Positions 7,407 through 14,410 of a stretch of DNA of 14,410 nucleotides are shown here, piece by piece (position 1 is the stretch's first letter; every line of letters starts with the position of its first letter). Source of the stretch: Myxococcota bacterium (GTDB taxonomy: Bacteria > Myxococcota > XYA12-FULL-58-9 > JALHOP01). Location: assembly GCA_041288095.1 (NCBI GenBank), contig JBGGMJ010000202.1:1-14410 (forward strand), read 5' to 3'. A program made the translations under genes and the position numbers. The notes beneath the pieces were generated by a model. The model had not been told where the DNA came from. It ran no database searches and worked only from the letters and a program-made list of their open reading frames with translations.

Positions 7407-7459
7407 CGCAACAATCCCCTTGGGCGTCCGATACCTACGGGACTTTCCGAGGTGAACCA

Positions 7460-7789
7460 ATGCCCATCGGTCCGTCCGCGAGCGCTCCGCCCCCTCCCCC
7501 TTTCCTCGCTGACTACCGTGCTGGCCGCGTCCTCGCCGAGACGGGCAAGACGTTGCCAGAGGGCGCGAGCCCCGCCACGCGGGTCGGCTGGCACATTCGC
7601 CACGACCCGATGGGCAGCGTTCCGAGTCTGGAAAAGGCCCTGAACGAGCTCCCCGACCACCAACGACAGAAGTTGGCCTGTGCTTGCCAGGCCACCATCT
7701 ACAAGCGGGTCGCGGTACCGGCGGACAGCATCGGTAAGATGGCCCACGCGGCTCTGGTCTCGGCGCTCGTCGCGATCACCCGCGGCTAG
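7460..7789 (+). CDS. Hypothetical protein (109 aa)
   Basis: GAGGTG RBS before ATG 7460; fills the gap between the divergent pyr operon and the convergent dehydrogenase gene without overlap; high GC3. Confidence 0.6.
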   Translation: MPIGPSASAPPPPPFLADYRAGRVLAETGKTLPEGASPATRVGWHIRHDPMGSVPSLEKALNELPDHQRQKLACACQATIYKRVAVPADSIGKMAHAALVSALVAITRG

Positions 7790-10069
7790 CTACGGACAAA
7801 TCAGCTCGGCGGGTAGCGAAGCCGGCACGTCGTCCATCGCGTCGATCCACTCCGCGAGCACGGTCATGGCATCGTCGTCGACGACGAGCGTCGCGAGCGG
7901 TGGCATTTGCCCCGGGCCGCGGAAGCCGGCGCGGTCGACGATGATCGGCGAGGTGCCGCTCGACCCGCGGATGATTGGCGGCTCCGTCTGGTTGATGACT
8001 TCGCAGAGCTGACTGTCCGCGAGGCTGGTCGCGAAACGCAGGTCGGGAAAACGGCCGCCGTTGGCGCTACCGCTGTGACACTGGCTGCAATTGGCGGCGA
8101 GCCAGCTCCGTGCACGCACACCACTCGAGATGGTGGTGTCAGTCAGCGGCGTGAGCGCCGGCAAGGGCAAGCCGCCGCCGGTGATCGGCGCGTCGAGAAA
8201 GCCGGCACGCTCGAGGGCGGTGATCTGATTTTCGGGACCAGCCCCGTAGTCGTGATCGAGGTTGACGTTCTCGGTGCGCATGCCGAGCACGTAGCCCCCG
8301 TTCGCGGTGTGGCAGGTGTTGCAAGCCGAGCGATCGGGGAAGACGTGTTGATGCGGCGCCCCGTTCATCGTGTAGTCCGCGATGAGCTCGCTATCGGGTC
8401 GCAGCGTCGCCTGCGTCGCACCGGAATTCCAAATGTAGCTGTAGCCCTTCCACACGTCTTGGGCGCGCTGCACCAAGAACCGCGTTTCGATGGGGCGAAT
8501 GCTCGTCGCGTCGCCAGCCACTTCCTGGAGCTCGAACTCCTTGATGATGATGGTGCCGACCGGGAAGGTCCAGGCGTCGCTCACCGATGCATCAATGGTC
8601 GTGGTGCCCGGCAAGATAAGATAGCGCTTCTTGGCCACGCCGTCGGACCAGAACGGCACGCGCAGATCATAGGGCACCGCCGCGGCGATCGGCGTGCGTC
8701 CCGGCACATCGCTATAGCAGCCTGTGTCGGTGAGCGTCGGCGGCGCGGTGTCGGTCTCGTCGAGCTGGATGCGATGGATGGTCCCATCGTTGTGCAAAGC
8801 ATAGAGCTCGCCCAGGTCGTCGGTACCGAAGCTGGTGATCGGGGCGCCCGTGGTCATGAAGCGGTTCGCGGTCCAGGTGCCGCCCATGTCCTCGTCGAGG
8901 CGGAAAACCTCGCCGGTCAGATAGTCCGCGAAAACATACGCTCCGTAGAGCGAGCCGATTTGACCGCCACGGTAGACGAAGCCGCCGGTGATCGAGACGC
9001 GCCCCATGGTGTGCTCGTACTCGTGGATAGGCTCGGTGCATGTCGGGCAGGTGCCGTAGTATTGGTGCAGACCCTCGCGCAGGTTCCAGCCGTAGTTGTT
9101 GCCGGGCTCGATGATATCGACTTCTTCCCACTGATCTTGCCCGACATCCGCCAGGAAGATGCGGTCACTCACCGGGTCATAGCTGGCCCGCCAAGGGTTG
9201 CGCAGACCGTAGGCCCAGATCTCCGGGGCGGCGCCGACTACGCCGACGAAGGGGTTGTCCGCTGGAACGGTGTAGTGCAAAGGCCCGTCATCTTGCGACG
9301 GGTCGATGCGCAGGATCTTGCCCTGTAGCCGCGACAGGTCCTGCGCCCAATCATCCGGGTCGCCACCACCGCCGCTATCGCCCATGGTGATGTAGAGATA
9401 GTCGTCGTCATCGAAGAAGATCTGTCCGCCATTGTGGTTGCCGCGGTCGTCGGGGCGTTGGATTTCGATAACGGTGCGGCCGCTGTCCGGATCGCAGGTG
9501 AGCACGAGGTCACGCGTGCAGGTGTAACGCTCGACGCGCGAGTCCTGATCATTGGCCACGGCCGGCGCGTCGATGGAGTACATCACGTAGAGGTAGCCGC
9601 CGGTCGAGCCGAAGTCGGGCGCGAAGGCGAAGCTGTGGAAGCCCTTCTCGTCGTTGTTGAAGACGCGGTCGGTGAGGTCCAGCACCTCGTGCTCGTCCCC
9701 GGCCTGGTAGTCGTCGCGCGGAAACACCATGACGCGGCCGCGCTGCTCGGAGACGACGAGGTAGCCGGTGATACCTGGGACGGCCGCCATGTACGTGAGC
9801 TGGAACGGCGAGAGCCCCGCGAAGACCGGGGTCGCCGCCGGCCCGGAGAGGTCACAACTCGTGTTGACGTAGCGTGTGAGGGCAGTCGGCTCGGCACTGT
9901 CGCCATCGCCCGCACCGTCGCCGTCGTCACTTCCCTGGTCGCCCAGCCCTGCCCCGTCGGCGTCCGCGTCGACATCGCCGCCGCCGTTGTTGTTGGCGAC
10001 GACGCTGTTGCCGCAGGCCGCGACAATGAACGCGAGGGCCGCGACGCGGGTTTGCCGGGGGAGGTGCAT
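7790..10069 (-). CDS. PQQ-dependent glucose/sorbosone dehydrogenase-family lipoprotein fused to a C-terminal diheme cytochrome c domain
   Basis: Lipobox VAAC; GSDH motifs NHNGG, LYITMGD, GKILRID, AYGLRNPWR, DVGQDQWEE, NYGW, SITGG; C-terminal PFWSDG, FPVGT, ETRFL, CNTCH (8309-8323), CSQCH (8075-8089), QMPP. Confidence 0.9.
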   Translation of the reverse strand: MHLPRQTRVAALAFIVAACGNSVVANNNGGGDVDADADGAGLGDQGSDDGDGAGDGDSAEPTALTRYVNTSCDLSGPAATPVFAGLSPFQLTYMAAVPGITGYLVVSEQRGRVMVFPRDDYQAGDEHEVLDLTDRVFNNDEKGFHSFAFAPDFGSTGGYLYVMYSIDAPAVANDQDSRVERYTCTRDLVLTCDPDSGRTVIEIQRPDDRGNHNGGQIFFDDDDYLYITMGDSGGGGDPDDWAQDLSRLQGKILRIDPSQDDGPLHYTVPADNPFVGVVGAAPEIWAYGLRNPWRASYDPVSDRIFLADVGQDQWEEVDIIEPGNNYGWNLREGLHQYYGTCPTCTEPIHEYEHTMGRVSITGGFVYRGGQIGSLYGAYVFADYLTGEVFRLDEDMGGTWTANRFMTTGAPITSFGTDDLGELYALHNDGTIHRIQLDETDTAPPTLTDTGCYSDVPGRTPIAAAVPYDLRVPFWSDGVAKKRYLILPGTTTIDASVSDAWTFPVGTIIIKEFELQEVAGDATSIRPIETRFLVQRAQDVWKGYSYIWNSGATQATLRPDSELIADYTMNGAPHQHVFPDRSACNTCHTANGGYVLGMRTENVNLDHDYGAGPENQITALERAGFLDAPITGGGLPLPALTPLTDTTISSGVRARSWLAANCSQCHSGSANGGRFPDLRFATSLADSQLCEVINQTEPPIIRGSSGTSPIIVDRAGFRGPGQMPPLATLVVDDDAMTVLAEWIDAMDDVPASLPAELICP

Positions 10070-10079
10070 TGCCTCGTTG

Positions 10080-10122
10080 ATGATAGCATTTCGGCGCGCC
10101 GGAGCTGCCGGTGACAGTCACC
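10080..10122 (-). promoter_or_regulatory. Candidate extended -10 promoter (TGcTATCAT) with upstream palindrome GGTGAC-N-GTCACC
   Basis: TG-N-TATCAT at 10088-10080 on the - strand; perfect 13-bp palindrome at 10110-10122 in the 64-bp intergenic gap. Confidence 0.45.
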
Positions 10123-10133
10123 TTCAGAAAACG

Positions 10134-12599
10134 CTAGCGCACCACGATCTCGTGCACCTGGCTCAGGGTGCCGGTTGCTTCGAGGCGCGCCTGGAGCTTG
10201 TGGTTGCCCTGTTGGAGCGGCCAGAAGGCGCGGTACGGCGCATCGACGGTGACGAACGGCTGCTCGTCGACGAGGAAAGTGACCGGGCCCGCCGCGTCAT
10301 CGATGCGAGCCTCGAGTGCTAGCGCCTGCGCTTCACGCGGGGCGTCGACGTCGATGTGGAGCGTTTCGGTGCGCGCCGGGCTCATGAGTGTGACCTTCGC
10401 CTTCGGATACTTGGTGGGCGGCGCGGGACAGCGCTCGGTGTAGCGCTCGGCGATGCCGTGACCGGTCTCGATGGCCCAGCGGTCGTACGGGCTCGGATAT
10501 ACGGTTACGTCCTTTTGCTCGGCGCCCTCGAGCGTGCAGCCTTCGGGCACCAGCAAGCCGTTCGTCGGATCGACCTTGGCGTGGCGATGCCAGGTGCAGG
10601 TCTCCTTGGGCTCACTGCCGGCGAGGAACATCTCGTTGAGTCCGCCATCGCAGGCGGGGCCGCGCTTCATCCCGGACACCGCGCACACTTGAACGTGATT
10701 GATGCCCTTCGGTTCCGTGGGCGCGTGCGATTGGCCGTTGGTCTGCTCGTTCATCAAGCGCCGCCACATCTGGCCCGCGCCCTCGACACCGCTGACGCGC
10801 CGCATGGCTTTGCCGGTCGGGTCGCCAACCCAAACACCGACGGTGACCTGGTCGCTGAACCCGACGGTCCAATTGTCGTGGTAGCCCTTGCTGGTGCCGG
10901 TCTTCACGGCGGTCCAGTACGGGGTCGTGAGCACGCTGCCCTGGCCGAACTGGCCGGCGCGGGCGTTGCCGTCGCTCAGCATGTCCGCGATGACGTAGGC
11001 GACGCGTTCGTCGAGGATGCGCCGCTCGCCTTCCGTCGGTGGCTCGCCCCGCAAGAGACGATAAGGCTTCCACAGGCCGCCGCGGGCGATGGCGGCATAG
11101 GCGTTGGTGAGATCCACCAAGCGGACACCACCGCTGCCCAGCGCGAGCCCGAGGCCGTAGTAGCCGGGGCGCCGCGTCAGCGTCGTCAGCCCGGCGCTCG
11201 CGAGCATGTCGGCGAACGGGTCGAGCCCCGTCCGCGCAAGCGTGTCGACCGCCGCGATGTTGAGGCTCTGCGCCAAGGCTTCGCGATAGCGGACGGGGCC
11301 GTGCGATTTCTGATCGTAGTTCTCGGGGAGAAAGACGCCCCAGGTGTCGGCGAATGGCCGCTCGACGTCGCTCGCGAGGGTCGCGGCGGTGAAGCCCTTC
11401 ACCAAAGCGGCGGCGTAAAGGAACGGCTTGAGCGCGGAGCCCGGCTGGCGAACGGCGGTCGCGGCGTTGTATTGGCCCCACAGCGGGTTGTCCTCGAAGG
11501 CCGCGCCGACCACGGCGAGGATGTCACCGCTGGCGTTGTCGATGATGACGGCAGCGGCGGAGCGTCCTCCTCGTTTGTAGAGACGAGGAGCCTCGTCGGC
11601 GAGCAGGTCTTGAACGCGGTCCTGCAACGTCGCGTCGATGGTGAGAGCAATCTCGCCCGCGGGTGTCGCGCCGCGCGCGCGCAGCTCGCCTTCGGCCAAC
11701 GCCACGGCGTGCACCGCGACCGATGGTTGCCCTTCCAGCTTGGCCACCAGCTTCTCGTCGAGGGCGCGCTCCACTTGGCCCCCGGTGAGCACGCCGTTGC
11801 GCTCCATGGCGTCGAGGACCTGCCTGGCGCGGGCCAATGCCCGCTCGGGCGAGCTGGCGTAGGTCGTAGGGCCTTTGGGGAGGCCGACCAGATACGCGGC
11901 CTGCGCGACGCTGAGCGTTTTAGCGGACGAGCCGAAATAGCGACGGGCCGCTGCCTCGATGCCGACGGCGCTGTTACCGAAAGGCGCGCGATTCAAGAAG
12001 GCGGCGAGGATCGTCGGTTTGTCGAACGTCACCTCGAGACGGATGGCGAGATGCGCCTCACGTAGCTTCTGCCAGAGCGAGCGCCGCGGCACGGGCCTCC
12101 CCTCCAGCATGGCGCGCTCGGCATTGAGCAAGCGGGCGAGCTGCTGCGTGATGGTCGAGCCGCCGCTCACGACGCGCAGGTGCGTGGTGTTCTGCTTGAC
12201 GGCCCGGGCGATGGCGACCGGGTCGAGGCCGACGTGGTGGAAGAATCGTTTGTCCTCGACGGCGACGAGCGCATCGATGACGTGCGGGGACACCTCGTCG
12301 AGATTCACCGGTGTCATGCGCGCGCCCTGACCGCCGACGCGCTCCGCGAGACGTCTGCCGTTGCGGTCCACCCAGGTCGCCGATTCGACGGCGACGGTGG
12401 CGAGCCGCTCCTTGCGCACGGGCACGAAGACGGAGCCGAACAACACGGCCCCCACGCCCACCAGGAACGGCATGGACCACCGCACCCAGCGCGAGCGCCA
12501 GAGCAGCGTCGTCTGCAGGCGCCACCAGCGCCTTCGTATCAAGTTCCCACCGGTCGAGCGGCGTCTCCCGCGACCGTTTGCTTCCTCAGGCTCCGACAC
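10134..12599 (-). CDS. pbpC: Penicillin-binding protein 1C (class A PBP: transglycosylase, transpeptidase, C-terminal domain)
   Basis: TG motifs EDKRFFHHVG, GGSTITQQL, QKLRE, GIEAAARRYF; TP motifs SALK, SLN, KTG; follows the alpha-2-macroglobulin gene. Start placed at GTG 12599 (TAGTG overlap); TTG 12542 is an alternative. Confidence 0.9.
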   Translation of the reverse strand: MSEPEEANGRGRRRSTGGNLIRRRWWRLQTTLLWRSRWVRWSMPFLVGVGAVLFGSVFVPVRKERLATVAVESATWVDRNGRRLAERVGGQGARMTPVNLDEVSPHVIDALVAVEDKRFFHHVGLDPVAIARAVKQNTTHLRVVSGGSTITQQLARLLNAERAMLEGRPVPRRSLWQKLREAHLAIRLEVTFDKPTILAAFLNRAPFGNSAVGIEAAARRYFGSSAKTLSVAQAAYLVGLPKGPTTYASSPERALARARQVLDAMERNGVLTGGQVERALDEKLVAKLEGQPSVAVHAVALAEGELRARGATPAGEIALTIDATLQDRVQDLLADEAPRLYKRGGRSAAAVIIDNASGDILAVVGAAFEDNPLWGQYNAATAVRQPGSALKPFLYAAALVKGFTAATLASDVERPFADTWGVFLPENYDQKSHGPVRYREALAQSLNIAAVDTLARTGLDPFADMLASAGLTTLTRRPGYYGLGLALGSGGVRLVDLTNAYAAIARGGLWKPYRLLRGEPPTEGERRILDERVAYVIADMLSDGNARAGQFGQGSVLTTPYWTAVKTGTSKGYHDNWTVGFSDQVTVGVWVGDPTGKAMRRVSGVEGAGQMWRRLMNEQTNGQSHAPTEPKGINHVQVCAVSGMKRGPACDGGLNEMFLAGSEPKETCTWHRHAKVDPTNGLLVPEGCTLEGAEQKDVTVYPSPYDRWAIETGHGIAERYTERCPAPPTKYPKAKVTLMSPARTETLHIDVDAPREAQALALEARIDDAAGPVTFLVDEQPFVTVDAPYRAFWPLQQGNHKLQARLEATGTLSQVHEIVVR

Positions 12600-14410
12600 T
12601 ACTTCGCTTTCGTTGGACCCTCTGCCTTGGGAAGCACTTTGATCTCTCGACCCTCTGCTCGTCCACGGATCTCGGGCTGATACATGCGTTCGACGATCGT
12701 GCCGGGCGCGTAATAGCTTCCGGGAGTCGTCGCGCGTGTCAGGTATTTCAGCTTCACCGGCCAGCGTCCGCCGCTGCTGTTCCACAGGTAGCGGAACGAA
12801 TAGTCGGTGCGGTCGTCGCGCATCTCGCTGTAGCGGCTGCGCCACCACGACCAATCGTTGCCACGACCCGTCATCACCTCTTCCATCTCTTTGTCGGCGG
12901 TGGCGAGGTTCGTGTCGACGGGCTCGAGGCCCGCGGGCAACGGATCGCTCACCACGACCATGCGCCCGTCTTCGGCGACGTCGATGTTCAAGCTCACCAT
13001 GACGTAGTCGCCGACGCGCACGGTGTCGCCGATCGGCTCACCCTTCTTGTTGGTGTACGTGCGGGTCACCGTGAAGCCTTGGGACTGCTGCGGCAGACGC
13101 GCGGTCGCCGGGTACGCGAAGCTGAAAAAGCCGCCGAAGTAGAGCGGACCGTTGCCCGTGTTGGTGAGCACGAGGTCGTAGCTCGGTTTCGCCTCGAGCT
13201 TCTCGCGCTTCACGCTGTCGACCTTGTCACCGATCTTCTTGGCGTCGACGAGGCTCTCGGCGCCGAGCTTCGCGGTGGCGACGGGCGCCCTACCCTCGAG
13301 CTTCATGATGCCGGCCGCCTCGGCGAGCGCGAGGAGCGTCTGCGTCGTGGCTTGCGTCGTGTAGTAGTCCTGCTCGCCGTCCATGTTGACGAGGCCGCGC
13401 ACGATCATCGGCACCTTGGCGTCAGCTGGCGTGACCTGCAGCATGGCTCTGAGTGCGAGCGCCGTCGAACGCTGGCTGGAGTCCCACGCCCACCAGTAAC
13501 GCTGCGGGTTGTCGGCGGCGAAGGTGACGATGCCGTTCTTCTCGGTGCCGCTGCTCGAGATCTCGGTCATGAGCTTGGCGACCTTGGTCTCGCCGCTGCC
13601 TGCGCGCTTGTGGATGGCGCGCACCAGCTCGGTCTTCGAGAAGAGCGGCATGCCGGAGCGACCTTCGAACATCGCGTTCTCACGCGCGGGGTCGAAGCGG
13701 CCGAGCTCCGCGAGCACACGCAGGGCGCTCGCCATGCCGGCGTTGCCATCCCAGCTCTCGCCGTCCGCTTTCATGGCCGCGAGCTTGTTCTGCAGGTATT
13801 GGGCGGCCGGATCGATGGTCGTGTCCGGCACGCTATAGCCGTACTTGCGCGCGATCAGCATGGCGTCGATCGTGAATGCCGTGAGGTACGGATCGGAGCC
13901 GTGGCCGCAGCCCGGGTAGTAGTCGAAGCCGTTGTCGCCGCACTTGTACTTGGGAACGATCTTCACCCACTCCTCGACCCAGCCCTTGATCTTCTCACTC
14001 GGGATCGAGGCGAAGCCGAGCTTCTCCGAGAGCTCGCGGACCGCGATGAGCGGCATCACCTTGCTCGTGCGCTGCTCGAGGCAGCCGTAGGGATAGCCGA
14101 CGAGCCCACGCATGCGCTCCTCGAGCGAGGCCACCGGTAGACCACTCATGTTGAGCTCGAACTTGGTCGGGCGTGCGCCTTCCGGGAGTGTCAGCGTGTG
14201 CCGCACCGTGCCGCTATCGAGGACACCCGCGATACCGACGGTCTCGGACGGCTGGACCCGCTTCACGGGGAGCGTGAGCTGGACACGGTCGGCGAACTTC
14301 TTGCCGTTCACCTCCATGGTCGCCTTGAAGATGATTTCGCTCGCGCCCTCGACGTCCTTGGCGGCGATGTTGAAGCGGAAAGGCTCGGTGGCCTTGCCCT
14401 TCACCGTCCG
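12599..14410 (-). CDS. Bacterial alpha-2-macroglobulin (YfhM-type), C-terminal part; 5' end outside the window
   Basis: Thioester motif YPYGCLEQ (CLEQ at 14072-14083), TTQAT, DPLPAGLE, RDDR, YLTRATTPG, MYQPEI; frame open to the window edge; pbpC adjacent. Confidence 0.95.
   Translation of the reverse strand, partial: RTVKGKATEPFRFNIAAKDVEGASEIIFKATMEVNGKKFADRVQLTLPVKRVQPSETVGIAGVLDSGTVRHTLTLPEGARPTKFELNMSGLPVASLEERMRGLVGYPYGCLEQRTSKVMPLIAVRELSEKLGFASIPSEKIKGWVEEWVKIVPKYKCGDNGFDYYPGCGHGSDPYLTAFTIDAMLIARKYGYSVPDTTIDPAAQYLQNKLAAMKADGESWDGNAGMASALRVLAELGRFDPARENAMFEGRSGMPLFSKTELVRAIHKRAGSGETKVAKLMTEISSSGTEKNGIVTFAADNPQRYWWAWDSSQRSTALALRAMLQVTPADAKVPMIVRGLVNMDGEQDYYTTQATTQTLLALAEAAGIMKLEGRAPVATAKLGAESLVDAKKIGDKVDSVKREKLEAKPSYDLVLTNTGNGPLYFGGFFSFAYPATARLPQQSQGFTVTRTYTNKKGEPIGDTVRVGDYVMVSLNIDVAEDGRMVVVSDPLPAGLEPVDTNLATADKEMEEVMTGRGNDWSWWRSRYSEMRDDRTDYSFRYLWNSSGGRWPVKLKYLTRATTPGSYYAPGTIVERMYQPEIRGRAEGREIKVLPKAEGPTKAK

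Noticed and set aside
7389..7423. Inverted repeat CCAAGGG...CCCTTGG around the TTGACA
   Set aside because: 7-bp arms 21 nt apart can arise by chance; no other support.
7433..7444. PyrR-binding-loop-like AGUCCCGUAGGU on the - strand
   Set aside because: One nt short of the consensus, the stem does not form, no terminator nearby, and it lies upstream of the candidate -35.
12600..12854. N-terminal extension of PBP1C in the ORF track
   Set aside because: Overlaps the alpha-2-macroglobulin 3' end in another frame and is not protein-like.
7907..14140. Long + strand ORFs (7907-9328, 10356-12065, 12311-14140) and similar shorter ones
   Set aside because: Antisense shadows of well-supported genes, expected in high-GC3 DNA; no motifs.
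1..14410. CRISPR arrays, tRNA/rRNA, IS or integrase, intrinsic terminators
   Set aside because: No spaced direct repeats, RNA gene signatures, transposase motifs or hairpin-plus-U-tract at gene ends were seen.

Overview
High-GC bacterial chromosome segment, probably Myxococcota/deltaproteobacterial (inferred from the Gly/Asp-repeat lipoproteins, stand-alone PilZ protein and cytochrome c lipoproteins). Almost all genes are on the - strand. In transcription order (right to left): a 5'-truncated alpha-2-macroglobulin with intact CLEQ thioester coupled to PBP1C; a PQQ sugar-dehydrogenase/diheme cytochrome c fusion lipoprotein; a small + strand orphan; a coupled operon of a pilin-like protein, pyrR, pyrB, a degenerate pyrC (PyrC'-like) and a hypothetical gene; a PilZ gene with a clear sigma70-type promoter; and an uncharacterised unit of an outer-membrane beta-barrel protein, a diheme cytochrome c lipoprotein and a truncated membrane protein. 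No RNA genes, mobile elements or CRISPR arrays were seen. The best novelty candidates are the barrel plus diheme lipoprotein unit and the pyr operon, which is led by a pilin-like gene and whose PyrR and PyrC have both lost canonical functional residues. All family assignments are by eye, not from database searches.
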